A stretch of 64,000 nucleotides of DNA from Octopus sinensis (taxonomy: Eukaryota): NCBI RefSeq assembly GCF_006345805.1, contig NW_021836291.1:186001-250000 (forward strand). Direction: 5' to 3'. The notes under the pieces were generated by a model. It searched no databases. It was not told the origin of the DNA and saw only the letters and a list, made by a program, of their open reading frames with translations. Shown here in pieces: positions 11,246 through 23,559 of this stretch (positions within the stretch are counted from its first letter, which is position 1; each line of letters starts with the position of its first letter). Both the position numbers and the translations under genes were made by a program.

Positions 11246-14200
11246 AACGGAACTAGTCACCCGCAAAGTTGGTTTTTATACTGGAATCACTTACCTTATC
11301 CCAAAGAAAGCACCTCTATTGACCCCAAGGACCTCAGACCGTCACATGTATGCATGTTTGTAACAAAACTGGTTACAAAGTGTGTGAATGAAAAAATTGC
11401 AAATACAGTACCGCTCAAATGTTTCGGACCACCCTATTTTTTCTCAATTTCCAAGTCAATCCTAAATTATTTTTATACGGTTCTTTAGAGAAACTTATTA
11501 GATAAGCTTAAATACATTTATTCTATTCTAAAATTTTCTTTAAATATTTTTGTTTGGCGCCAATTGAATATAATTGATTTTTGACTCGATCATATGTTCC
11601 GGACCAGTTGCAATCATATGTTTCGAACCAGTTAAATCTCTTTAAATTTAAATAATTTTTGATTCAATTAAAAACAAAAGACTAATAAATAACAAATGCC
11701 GCGTGTTTCACTGGTTGATCGGGTCGCTATCATCACTTTTTTTAAAGATGGAGCTTCACAAAGAGAAATTGCCGAAAATTAAAAATATCCAAAACTGCTG
11801 TTCAAAGAACAATTTCCAGATATTCATCCGTTGGACTATATTCCGACAGACCCAAATCTGGTCGACCGAGATTGTTATCCCCAAGATCTGAACGCAAATT
11901 AGTGAGAATTTCGAAAGCAGACCCCACAAAAACGGCAAATCAAATTAAATTTGATATGAAATTAAATTCTATTGTAAGCACAAATACAATTAAAAGATGC
12001 CTACAAAGAAATAATTTGAATGGGCGAAAGCAATGCCCAAAACCAAGTCTTTCCATATGCCATAAAAAGGCTAGAAAAAATTGGTGCATTGAGAAATTAA
12101 CTTGGAGCCAAAATGATTGGGGTAAAATTATTTTTAGTGATGAATGCAAAATAAATTTGCATTCAAACACAAAAAATTATGTTAGAAGGCCACCAAACTC
12201 TAGATTTGACTCAAAATATTGTTTAAAAACACGAAAATTTTCTCCTAGCATTATGGTCTGGGGAGCTATTGCTGCAAATGGATGGAGAAACATTGTCTTA
12301 TGCATTAAAAATGTTGATTCCGCAGAGTATCAGAGAATTATAAATGTTGGACTCGAAAATTTTTATGATGAGACCATGTATCTCCAGCAAGACGGCGCTC
12401 CTTCCCATCGGTCCATGTCGACAATGAATTTTTTTCAAAGGAAACAAATAAAATCTTAGAAACTTGGCCGAGCCAGTCACCCGAACTGAATATTATTGAA
12501 AATATGTGGTCGGTACTAAAACAAAAACTTTATGATCTGGAACCAAAAGATCTTCCAGAGCTCTGGAATTTGACCAAAAAATTTGGTACGAGATTGATAA
12601 TTCGTACATTGAAAAATTATACAATTCACTTCCAGAGCGAATAAATGCTGTTATAACGAACAACGGAGGAAATATTAATTATTAACTTTTTATAAGTTTA
12701 ATAAATTTTCGGTTTTTTTTAAACTGGTCCGGAACATATGATCGAGTATAAAATCGATAATTTTAAAATTGCGCCAAACATGAATATCTGTCCAAGTTTT
12801 TAAATAGAATAAATGTGTTTAAGCTTATCTAATAAGTTTCTCTAAAGAACCGTATAAAAATAATTTAGGATTGACTTGGAAATTGAGAAAAATAGGGTGG
12901 TCCGAAACATTTGAGCGGTACTGTATCCGACACTTACAACTTGAATAACTGAGTACCGCTTGGAAACTAACGACATTGTCAGGGAGCAAAAGAACTTGCA
13001 CTTTTAAACAATGCGTCAACAAAGCGCACGATAATAAATTATTTTGTGCATGGATCGACGTCAAGAAAGCATTTGACTCAGTTAGTCATGACTTTCTTGT
13101 TGAAATCCTCGAAAAATCTGGACTGCCTAATTGGATACTAGTTTTATTATGTCAATTATTCCAAACTGGAAGTCTCTTTGAGATTGGGAAAAAAACAGCT
13201 GGGAACTGTTAATATAGAAAGTGGTATACTCCAAGGCGACTCTCTGTCGCCCCAATTATTTGTACTTGTTTTGGATCCGTTAAGTAGACTTTTATCTTCA
13301 AAATATCCAAATATATCGATAAATTCTGGTGGCATTAATTCCTTAACCTTTTCTACAAATCACTTCCTATTCATTGACGACTTGAAGCTATTGTCCAAAG
13401 AAGAGGAGACATTGGCGTGGATGATGGAAGATGTGAACTATTACTTTGAATCATCTGGACTGGAGAAGAATTTCGATAAATCAGCAACAAATAGTTACCT
13501 ATTAAGAATGATGGTAAATTGATGGATGGTCTGGACAGCTACAGATATTTGGGAGTTTTAGAAACAGATGTAGTAAAGTACTCAAACAAGACGTACTCAA
13601 AAATATTAAAGAAGAAATGCAAAACCGTATTGAAAAGTTATCGGAAACTAAATTGAACTCAGTCAATTTATTTAAAGCACAATGAACATGCTCTATCACT
13701 GTGCAATTACTATATTGGACTCACTGACTTAGAACCCTGTGAATTTGAAAATTGATAAATTAGTCAGAAAAATACTTATGAATTTGAATGTGCATATGAA
13801 ACCAGCTTGCAAAGAAAGACTTACTTACCGAGAATATGTTTGGAAGGGGATTGATATCTATTACTTTCAAAGCTGAGAAAATGTTGCTTGATTTCAAAAC
13901 AAGTCTGGAAAGGCGCAATTTACTTCTCTGAGGAGTGCAGGAATTCTGTGGGCTGAACAACAAAGAAAGTCACATATGGCCACAATCACAGAATTCTTGC
14001 AAATAAAATATGAATCAACCCAGCACATTGAACAGACACTAAAGAGTCTGCAGATTGAGTGCCTCTTATCAGCTATTAAAAAGAAAACTCTCCATTCAAA
14101 ATTATTTGAATCACTCGATAATGAGACTTTCGATATACAGACATCCTCAAAATGGATTGTAAAAGGAAATATTTCCCCTAAATCTGAAGCCATGTTTTTC

Positions 14201-14432
14201 CTTCTGCAGGACAGGAATATTTTCTTCCGCGAACTTGGTTCGAAATGCCCACATTGCAAATCTTCTAATAAGACAGTCGATCATTTGGCAACTCGATGCA
14301 ATAGAATGCTTAATTCCGATTATACAAGGCGACACAACGAAATTGTTAAATGCATACACATGCACCTATGTAGAAAATTTGGATTCAAAAAATCAAAAAG
14401 GTTAAAGACTCACTCTATCCAAAGCGTAATAC
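11246..14432 (+). mobile_element. 5'-truncated R4/Dong-like LINE (RT region), interrupted by Tc1 at 11406-12923 and by hAT at 14433
   Basis: WFYTGITYLIPK..DPKDLRP, QGAKELALLN, WIDVKKAFDSVSH, GILQGDSLSP, NHFLFIDDLKL, CPHC..DHLATRC..DYTRRHNEIVKCIH. Frameshifted. 23-bp TSD at 11223-11245. Confidence 0.88.
11406..12923 (+). mobile_element. Tc1-family DNA transposon with ~200-bp IR/DR-type TIRs; frameshifted transposase
   Basis: TA|CAGTACCGCTCAAATGTTTCGGACCACCC ... GGGTGGTCCGAAACATTTGAGCGGTACTG|TA. Motifs IFSDECK, QQDGAPSH, WPSQSPELNIIENMW. Confidence 0.95.
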
Positions 14433-16308
14433 TAGGGCAATTTTTGCCTAAAATGCCTTTTTGCACCAAAAGGTCTATTTATTTAAATAATTAATTTAAG
14501 CTATAATTTAATTAAAATAGATTTATCTACAACGAGTTATAAATGCCTTAATGCTTAAAAAATTGTTAGGTCCTAAAAAATTTTTTTAAGGTCCTAAAAA
14601 TTTTTTTAAGGTCTTAAAAATTTTTAAAATAAATTATTTTTAAATGTTACAAAAAAATATTTTAAAAATAACAATTAGGCACGCTATAAATTACTTTTTT
14701 GTGTTCAAATGCCACGTGTACGTTCTACAATAAAGTCTAAAGCTCTAAAAGCCTATGAAACTTACGTAAAAGAATTCACAGTGATTAAAGGCAGTCTATA
14801 TTGTAAAATATGTATGATCTACGTCAATGCATCAAAAAAATATTATATTGATCAGCATAGACAATCTACAAAACATCTAAAGCTTTTGAGTAATTTAAAA
14901 TTATTTTTTTTAGATAACAATGAAGGATTCCAACAATCCTTAGATTCCCTATTCAACGGTCAAACCGAAACGGAAGACTTTCAGAGTATGCCGATGGAAG
15001 TTGCCAAAGCCTTTTCTGAAGCAAACATTCCTCTTCATAAGCTCAATAATCCAAGCTTAAAGGGATTGTTTGAAAAATTGAATATTTCGCTTCCTTCCCA
15101 GTCAGCCTGTCGCAATTGTATTCCTGCAATCAGTGAACAAAAATTATCCAAGTATAAAAGTGATCTAAGGTTAACAAATGATTAATTTTTAGATCTCAAA
15201 AGATTTTTATGGTTGTTGACGAGGGTGACGTAAATGGACAGAAGTTTGTAGTTGTTCTCATTGGGAATATCGCTTATCCAGAGAAGACCTATTTAATTTC
15301 GTGTGAACCTTTATATGAATCTGTAACTGCTAACACAATTCTTCAGATTATCGATGAAGAGATTAAAAAATTCGAGATTATACGCAATAATTTTCTTCTT
15401 TTTCTTTCTGATGCAGCCCCGTATATGATTTTGGGTAGTTTGTTGAATTATTTTTAGCCGGAAAAACATTGAAAATGCTTTATCCTAGGATGTTCCATGT
15501 AACATGTGTTGCACATTTGTTACATAATTGCTGTCTCAGAGTAAAGGCGTATTATTCGGACGTTGATAATCTTATTGCGACTATAAAGACATCAATAGTG
15601 AAAAACAAAACTAGAAAAAAAATGTTTTCTACAATTGGTTATCCGCCCGACGTCATCATAACTAGATGGGGTAGTTGGCTGCAAGCAGCATACTATTATG
15701 CAAATAATTTTGTATCAATTGCTGAAATTGTGGAGAATTTCAAAGACGACGGAATATTAGTTAAAAAAGTAAAACAAGCAATTGAATCGCCAACCTTAAG
15801 AAAAAGTCTAATGGAAATAAATGAAAATTATCAGATACTTAATCAAATATTGAAAAAAATGGAATCCACAAGTTATACAATAAATGATGCACATTCAGAT
15901 CTTTGTTTGTTAAAATTTCCGTCTGATAATGCAGAAATAAATGAATACATACAAAAAAGATTACACAAAAATGACATAGAATCAATTATAGAAATGGAGA
16001 AAAGTAATATCTCCCCTGAAGAATATGGACTAATAAGAAAATGTCAGTGTACATCATCAACCGTTGAAAGAGCATTTTCTATGCTTAAAAAATTAATTAC
16101 TAAAGATAGAGGTTTCAATGCGGAAAATGTCAAAAATTATTTAATACCTTACTATAACAATAATTTTTTACGACTTTTTGATTTAATACCTTATTAAAAT
16201 GTGCCTAAAAATGTAGAATAAAGTCCTAAAAATTAAAAATAAAGTCCTAAAATGCCTATTTTTAAGGTCCTAAAAATAAATTTTAAGTGCCTGAAAAAAA
16301 TTGCCCTA
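14433..16308 (+). mobile_element. hAT-superfamily transposon (CGGBP1/DUF659-like), putatively autonomous
   Basis: TIRs TAGGGCAATTTT/AAAATTGCCCTA and subterminal AGGTCCTAAAAA repeats. Transposase motifs VVDE, CVAHLLH, TRWGSW and SSTVERAFS. Confidence 0.9.
14709..16197 (+). CDS. hAT transposase, 480 aa after splicing two 23-nt introns (15170-15192, 15435-15457)
   Basis: Exons of 461+242+740 nt total 1443 nt and join ORFs 14709, 15209 and 15469 in one stop-free frame. N-terminal CCHH finger (CKIC...HRQSTKH). Confidence 0.8.
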
Positions 16309-17364
16309 TTTATTAGTCTTTTGTTTTTAATTGAATCAAAAATTATTTAAATTTAAAGAGATTTAACTGGTTCGAAACATATGATTGCAACTGGTCCGGA
16401 ACATATGATCGAGTCAAAAATCAATTATATTCAATTGGCGCCAAACAAAATATTTAAAGAAAATTTTAGAATAGAATAAATGTATTTAAGCTTATCTAAT
16501 AAGTTTCTCTAAAGAACCGTATAAAAATAATTTAGGATTGACTTGGAAATTGAGAAAAATAGGGTGGTCCGAAACATTTGAGCGGTACTGTATATTGCAA
16601 TTTTTTCATTCACACACTTTGTAACCAGTTTGTACAAACATGGCATACATGTGATCGGTCTGAGGTCCTTGGGGTCAATAGAGGTTGCTTTCTTTGGGAT
16701 CAGGTAAGTGATTCCAGTATAAAACCAACTTTGCGGGTGACTAGTTCCGTTAATAATATTTCTGATTTCTTGAATGTTTTTATATGAAATAATTTAAATT
16801 ATTTATTTTTTATTAATTTTATACAACATTTAATCCACGTGTAAAATTTACTTTTACTTGTTGTGATGGACGTTGTACTAACATCCAACTCTAAAATAGT
16901 TTGTAGTTTCAATTGACATTTTAGTCCAAACAGAGAAGGCGAAGGAATCCAAATGTTGCCCAACTTCCTAAAAAGACCAACAAAAAGGCATATTCCCAGC
17001 ACACTCGTAAACTTCGCAGTTCAATAACTCCGGGAACAATTTTAATTCTGCTGACAGGCTGCCATCGAGGAAAAGTAAATCAAAAAACATAATTGTCAAG
17101 AGAGTTGTGTTTATTAGTCAACTGGCCTCTGGATTCCTGTGTGTGACAGGTCCATTCTCAGTCAACGGAGTGCCCATAAGGAGAGTAAATGCCACACACG
17201 TGATTGCTACATCTACCAAGGTCGATTTGTGTTGTCTGTCTCTCCCCGAGAAAGTGAATGACTCGTTTTTTAGATCAGTCAGAAAAGTATTTGAGGATGA
17301 GTATTTGTAGATGACTGACGAGGTTGAGAAAGAAGGGTGGAAGAATGAGTGGATGGCCATTCAG
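16309..17364 (-). repeat. Inverted duplicate of 10634-11689 (Tc1 left end, LINE 5' stub, rpL6 5' part)
   Basis: Reverse-complement match over 1056 bp, starting immediately at the hAT right end. Confidence 0.93.
16836..16841. promoter_or_regulatory. E-box CACGTG ~25 nt upstream of the rpL6 ATG
   Basis: Present upstream of all three rpL6 copies within AT-rich DNA. Function is inferred only. Confidence 0.2.
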
Positions 17365-17490
17365 AAACAAGTGGATGCCTCCGTTGTCAGTGCCATCAAG
17401 AAGGGAGATGACCCCAAGTCGCTGATGGGATATTTGAAGGCGGAGTTTTTCCTTCAGAGGGGCGACCGTCCTCACGCGATGCGTTTTTAG
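16866..17490 (+). CDS. RPL6: 60S ribosomal protein eL6, complete, 3 introns (26, 26, 24 nt)
   Basis: Spliced: [18 protein letters not shown]...[67 protein letters not shown]...[19 protein letters not shown]. Confidence 0.93.
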
Positions 17491-17799
17491 ATCGCCTTTG
17501 TTTCACTTTCAATAATTGATTTCTTTTTGTTTTATTATATAACTTTTTTAGCTTCTTTATTCCACGTAAGAACCTTCGATTTTAGTACCACATTCTCACT
17601 GCCGACAAAATTAGTGGTTAGGAAAATTTCGGGATTCTGTGATTTGTCTTACCAAAATTATTTTAATTTATGTCAAGCGGTTTTCCGATATTTGAGAGAA
17701 AATTGGGTAGATTGAAAGATAGTTTAATATCAGTGTAGAAAAGTAATCCTCGGGTGTCATTAAGGGTTTATTAGACTAATTGCACTAAAAGAAACTGGC

Positions 17800-18260
17800 A
17801 GTGTTGGTTTTCTTTAAGATATTTTCTCAAAAGATGCGTTTAGTATAAATTCAGAACGAAATAGAATTAGACCAAATAAAGAAAGAGTTACAATTCTTTT
17901 ATATGAAAATTCTATCGGGGAAAAATGAAACTTTTATTGGGAAATTCAGATTTCCTCATTGCATTAAAAGTTTTAATATTTCGGATAGAGCTGATATGTA
18001 TGAGTTTAAAAAATGCGTAGATGATAAGTAATATTTTCAACACATGGTTAGATGGAATAAACGACCAGATGATAAATTCAAAAAATTCTTATTTTTGGAT
18101 AATAATAAGTGCTATAAAGCCGAGAATTATTCAAATATAATTTTATATCTTTCTACAAATACAACGGCATTATTTCAAGCTCATAATTTATTTTAAAAAA
18201 GTCGATTTATTACAAATCCAATTTTTTTGTCAGGCACTGTATGAACTATTTGATCATTCA
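17800..18260 (+). mobile_element. Highly decayed pogo/Tigger transposase remnant
   Basis: Fragments KERVTILL, FIGKFRFPHC, TWLDGINDQM and ILLFLDN-like sequence with stops and indels. Confidence 0.5.
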
Positions 18261-18329
18261 AATTTGAATTATTGTAACGAATTGATGAAAATTATGTTTT
18301 TATGAAAGAAATTAATCAGAAGTGGACCG

Positions 18330-19423
18330 CTATGAAAATAATGACATACAACTCTGATAGAAAAAAACAGTTTTATCAAATACATTATTATTATTGCAGC
18401 ATTTCCCGTAGGAACATGAACAGAATAAGTCATATTCCCACACATGATACGATCTTATTAGTCATCGTTTTCCACCTTCCTCAGTTTTGGGCCTGCTTGC
18501 AGAGTTCGTCAAGGTCATCGCATTTGTTTAGGGTTTTCTCTGCGCAAATTAGATCCTTTTGCAAAACAGTCGGCAGTGTTATTCGCGGTCGTCCACGAAA
18601 TTTGAGTCTATCTGAAAGAAAGTATTCCTCCATGGCATAGTAGGCAGGTGCAGTTTGGTCTATTCTTAAGATGCGCCCGAATAGTCTTCAGCAGCCGTCT
18701 ATGATGTCACACCTGAACCTGTGAGGGATGAGTTCTTGATTTTCTAAGGCCAGTGTACGCCATTTAAGACACGAAGCTGCTTTCTGTGAAAGGAGTCAAG
18801 ATTCCTTAGTTCGGTATCGGAAATGTAGATGAATTATACATTAAGATGGGTTTTACAAATTCATTGTAGATTCTAGAGCGTAGTGAGGGGTACACAGGAC
18901 AACATTGTAGCCAGTCCTTTATGACGGTTTTTAGAGCAGCATAGCCAGAGTTTTTCTGCGCATTATATCCTCCCGGTCTCCAAGCAGTGAGCCAAGCTTC
19001 TTCGACACTCTCCATGTTTTCATGAGATGGGTTTCTGAACGTGATACATCGACAACGTCGGCTTTGTCCGTGTTCATAATTAGGAACCATTCTCCAAGTT
19101 TCCCAGGTGCAATTGTCGGTCGAGACAATGTCGACGTCATCAGCGTAAATTATTTTGGTGATTGGCCCCTCATAAAGGCTTCTCAATTCTCGCAAGGCGG
19201 CCTCTAGGTAGATCACAAACAGGAGAGGCGAGAAAGAGTCGTTTTGAGGGGTTCCCACATTTGTCAAGAAAGATCTTGAGTCAAAAAAATCCTGGGGGCC
19301 ACATTTGAGAACCGCTGATCTTGACGATGTTTTTGCAAAGTGAACAGTGACTTCCGTTTTTGTCAGTAACACTCTTATTATTCTGATGTCATCTTCGTTT
19401 AAGAAACCTTTCAGAACTCTCAT
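18330..19423 (-). mobile_element. 5'-truncated RTE-like LINE remnant
   Basis: GTPQNDSFSPLLFVIYLEAAL, IIYADDVDI, KKLGSLLG..DIMRRK, RIYNEFVKPILMYNSS and RPRITLPTVL motifs. Confidence 0.8.
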
Positions 19424-19958
19424 ATACTACAGCTCTGGTAGAAAAAACCGTTTTGTCAAATAGAAAATTTTTTAAGGTAACATTTAATTTTTTAATGAAA
19501 ATTGTAACATTAATTCCTTTTACAAATAGATCCAGCTTTATCCCAGTAAATAAAATTGTCACATAAAAAGTCAGAAAACAAATCAAAAATATCAATAGCT
19601 GTTGTTCTTGCAGTTAATTCTAAACAAAATAAAAACTCGTCGTGAATAGATTCCATGTTGACAAAACAAACGGACGCGTAGTGAAATAATCTTTTTTAAT
19701 ATTAATTGTCACAGTCCAGACGTGAGTCACGCCGGACGTGAGTCACTTGGTCAGATTTTGGATATTTTGCACGTTATCAAATGTTTCTAATTAAACTATC
19801 ACAAGAGGATTTATTGAAAATAAGAACTTTTAAACAATTTGGATCATTTGATGACGGAATCAGTAGAAGAGGACGTTTTAGATTACGTAGGATTGCTAAC
19901 CGAATACTTATTGAGGAAAATATAGCCTACATATACCAAAGGAATAAAAAAGTCAGAT

Positions 19959-21985
19959 CAAACAAATATTGTTAGGGTCAAACTACTAAGTAAAGTCAAC
20001 AAACTAATAAATTCTCCCAGCGAGACGGAGGGAACAGCTGTTGCCACGCATGACAGCCAGCAGGATCCTCTGAATGAGGAAAGTAAATTCCCTAGGGTCC
20101 TTGGACCGCGAAGAACAAAGATGTCCCAATTTCTTTAGGGAAGTGAGGGTCCCGGAGCCAAAGACGCCGGAAGTCTCGACAACGATTGGCCAAAACCAAA
20201 AGTCATCCATCAAAGACTGATATTTCCGGCACTTCGAAAGCTCAGCCTTATTAGCACGAGACCCAGCAAGAGAGGCCGATTCGTGATGAAAGACTTTGAG
20301 AAGGTATCCACACAAGTGGAATCCCAGACCAAAGGTCTCCCAGAATAAAACGAGAACAACGTAGAGCCGTCCGGCCTTTTCCCGTCACCACGGTCGAGAC
20401 CCTTAGCTCAAGGACAGAAGGGTAGCCGGCCTTTTCGAGTGAGTCGAGAATGATTCCGTTAATCGCCGAATGGCGTGGAATACGACCCGCGCTTTTCTTG
20501 CAGGAGAGGGCATGGAGCCCGTATACGTCCTAGTAGATCCGCACCGGCAGGGGTGGGGACTACAGATCGGAAGTCCGAGGCGGAGGCAAATGCCAAAACG
20601 GAGGGCGTCGGAGTCAAGACAGGTGTCCAAATGGGTCGAAGGAAGGCAGTTAAGCCAAGAGCCAGAATGCGGTTGGCGGCTGGCACGGTAACAAGCCAGT
20701 CTGTGCTGGTTCAGGAGAGCCTCCAACGAGTCCGCATGATGCTTACTAAGAATTTTATCCCATTCACGTTGGAGGGACCTATCAGAAGGGAACTCAAGCC
20801 CTTTTTCCTTCCAAAGCAAAAGTGCAGAATTAATATCAGAGTCCAAACGAGATCCGGGCGATTTTTCAAGAATCTTATGGACAAGAAGATACAATCCTGA
20901 AGACGATGAAAGGAAAGCGGGAAGAGAAATGTCGAGAGCCGAGCGGAGCCCAAGCCCACCAAAAGGAACAGGAAGTTTGGCCTGACGCCAACCGACATCA
21001 TCGAACTTGACGTTAAAAATAATCTCGGCTGAAGAACGCACCAGAGCGTCAAAAGACTCCAAAGCAGAGGGAACAGAAAAGCAACAGGAACTCCTTAGGA
21101 CATAATTGATCCTCGGAATCAAAAGAAAGTTTTTGAGGATAAAAAAAGCGGGATGGGGATCGATGTCCACAAGTTTATCACAAAGAGAAGCAAGAGCATT
21201 TCTCTTGGAATCGAGAATACGAGAGACCGATTGGTGGTGGATCGGGGCCCCAGGATTTCAAGTTCAGAATGAGAGGTCTGCCTCAGGTCGGGCAAGAGGC
21301 CACGAAACTGGGCAAAAAGGTCTTCGAAGGTGAGGTCTTCGACGTTAAGATTAACGATTTCAGATTTTAGAGAATTGATTTCAAGACCAATAGATGACAA
21401 CGCCGGGAGTAGAGATTGCAAGTCGTTTAGCAAATGTCGGGCGGACCACCAATAGTACAGTCGTCCAAATACCAAATATTAAGAGGGGACGCAATCCTGC
21501 GGGCGACAAAGTCCACCGAGAGGGCAAATAATAAAGGACCCAAAGGATCGCCTTGCTGTACGCCACAGGAAGACGAAATGAAAGAATCGCCAGCAACCAA
21601 GAGGCTCGGGTTACCATAAGAAAGAAAAATGAAGGGCAGCAGAGAAGGAATTCTGGCCTTGCAAACCTCAAGAAGATGCTTTCTATTGAGCGAATTGAAA
21701 GCGTTCTTCACATCCAATTTTAATAATAACTGGGGCCGCTCTGAGAGACGAGCCGATTCAATGAAACACCGGGCAGCGTGGACCGAGGCCTCGCACCCAC
21801 CAGGTACCCCCACACCCAACTGAATGGGCTGGAGTTCGTCGCTAATAGAAGGAATTACAAGCTTGCATCCGACCTTTGCAAACAAGCGACGAAAAACGTT
21901 CCCGACGGCAATAGGTCTGATGCCGCCGTCTTTCTTCCCCAAAGCAGACAGGTTCGCAGAGAAGAAGAGCAGTCTGGCATGCTCG
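19959..21985 (-). mobile_element. 5'-truncated CRE retrotransposon (subfamily B)
   Basis: KKDGGIRPIAVGNVFRRL, GVQQGDPLGPLLF, WYLDD, C-x-C..H zinc knuckle, WPIVVETSG and QRILLAVMRGN. 12-bp TSD AAAAAGTCAGAT at 19947-19958 and 21986-21997. Confidence 0.93.
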
Positions 21986-22526
21986 AAAAAGTCAGATTAT
22001 TCTGCATAGAAGAACAAGAGTTAAAGCTGAAAAGAAGTATCAATTTATTTAATTATGATTAGTGTGAGCACAATTATGTACATTTTGGAAGAGATAAAAT
22101 GTTTTCTATGCTTAAGGGAAAGATATATGGTGCAACTCGGGAAGAGATTAGCAAAATAATTGAAAAATGTGCTCATTGTCAGGTATTTAGTTAAATTATT
22201 CAATTTCAGTCTAAAAAATTGCTAGCTACAAGGCCGGTTATCACTCCTATTATTGCAAGAGGCCTATTATTTTGTTAATTTTAAGATTTAACCAATCTAT
22301 AAAACGACGGATCTCTTCTACGTCGTCAACTATGACTACAATTGTGGATACGCATGGAAAGAGACACTTCGGTGCCTTGTTTTTATCTCCCCGTTGATGA
22401 TTTCTTCCTTGTTTTTCTTTTTCTTTTCGGTCAATAAATACTATTCTATTCTCTCTACAAGCGCTTCAAATGGAATGTTTGGAGAATATCATGCAATTAT
22501 TAAAAGAATTGTCTACGAATACAATA

Positions 22527-22680
22527 CAGTCAAATCTCTAAATCTCGCCATTTTTTGGGACCGACCAAATCGTGGCGAAATTTAGAATTTGGCGAGCAAT
22601 AGAGGTTTCTTTAGAAATTCTCAATTTTTTTGAAAAAATGTGGCGAGCAATAGAGGTGGCGACCAATAGAGGTTCGAGTG
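22527..22680. mobile_element. 154-bp pogo-type mini-element with non-identical ends
   Basis: TA TSD; left end CAGTCAAATCTCT, right end (rc) CACTCGAACCTCT; TGGCGAGCAATAGAGG repeats shared with the Tigger at 30245. It interrupts the Ginger frame at YEYN|NSKH. Confidence 0.7.
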
Positions 22681-23559
22681 TAATTCTAAACATGACACTA
22701 CGAAGCATATTCCATTTAACATTTTTATGGAAAAGATGAAATGAAAAAAAGGAGAAGATGGAGATTTGATGAAGAGGGAATATCAGTTGGAGATTACGCA
22801 CTTTTACGGATGGATCAAGATATAAATGAAAACACAAGAAAATATCCTCTGTATGACCAGATAGATACATCTGCATACAGAGTGATAAAACAGGACGGAG
22901 GCACATTAGACTTAGAAAATGAGTAAAATTGTTTTTAAATAAAAAAATTCAAGTTAATCGATAAAACGTTATGTCGGGTCAAAAATGCGTTATGCTTGTT
23001 TTTTGCGGGAATAATATGAATTTTTATCCAAAAAAAACATAAAAAACACTAATATGGTATAATTGGAGTAAGGTATATCTATTTAGTTATTTTTTATTTA
23101 TTTTTATAAATTTTTAAAAAGTGACTCACGTCCGGCGTGACGCACGTCTGGACTGTGACATTTATTATTATTATTATTTAAGCCAAAAAACAGAATCACA
23201 TTAATTAAAATACACATTAAACGATATAAGTGTCCCAACCAAAATCATGAAATATCTATTCTGCCATTGAAAATTACTTATTTCAGAAAATTAGCCTCAG
23301 AGACGGGGGTGTTTCAAGACAGAAGTGTGGGGCGAACCGGAGTCTGGCTGTAATATTAAAGACTTCCAACCACAAAATACTCCCTTTTGTTTTATAAGGT
23401 TAATTCGGAAATTATTAAATTTGTAGTTTTATCAATATAATCTCGGATCATTGATATTTTTATGTCGCTCTGTAACAACCTTCTTTCTTAGAGCCATCCA
23501 AAGAGGGAAAAATAGATCCTTCTCTTTTTTTATTAATTTGCATGGGCCATTCTGGATTA

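Larger units (their letters stand above)
19707..23160 (+). mobile_element. Ginger-type (integrase-like) DNA transposon, internally disrupted; hosts a CRE and a mini-pogo
   Basis: ~42-bp TIRs TGTCACAGTCCAGACGTG(A/C)GTCACGCCGGACGTGAGTCACTT. HHCC motif H..VHFGRDKM...C-AHC-Q and integrase tail YEYNNSKHDTTKHIPF. Tiny introns at 22037-22062 and 22183-22209. No clean TSD. Confidence 0.75.

Noticed and set aside
10634-17364. Inverted duplication as a pure fold-back read artefact
   Set aside because: Not favoured, because the breakpoints fall exactly on a hAT terminus with a target-like 8-mer and on a hairpin-type footprint, and the arms are separated by 4.6 kb of unique sequence. Raw reads are still needed to exclude it.
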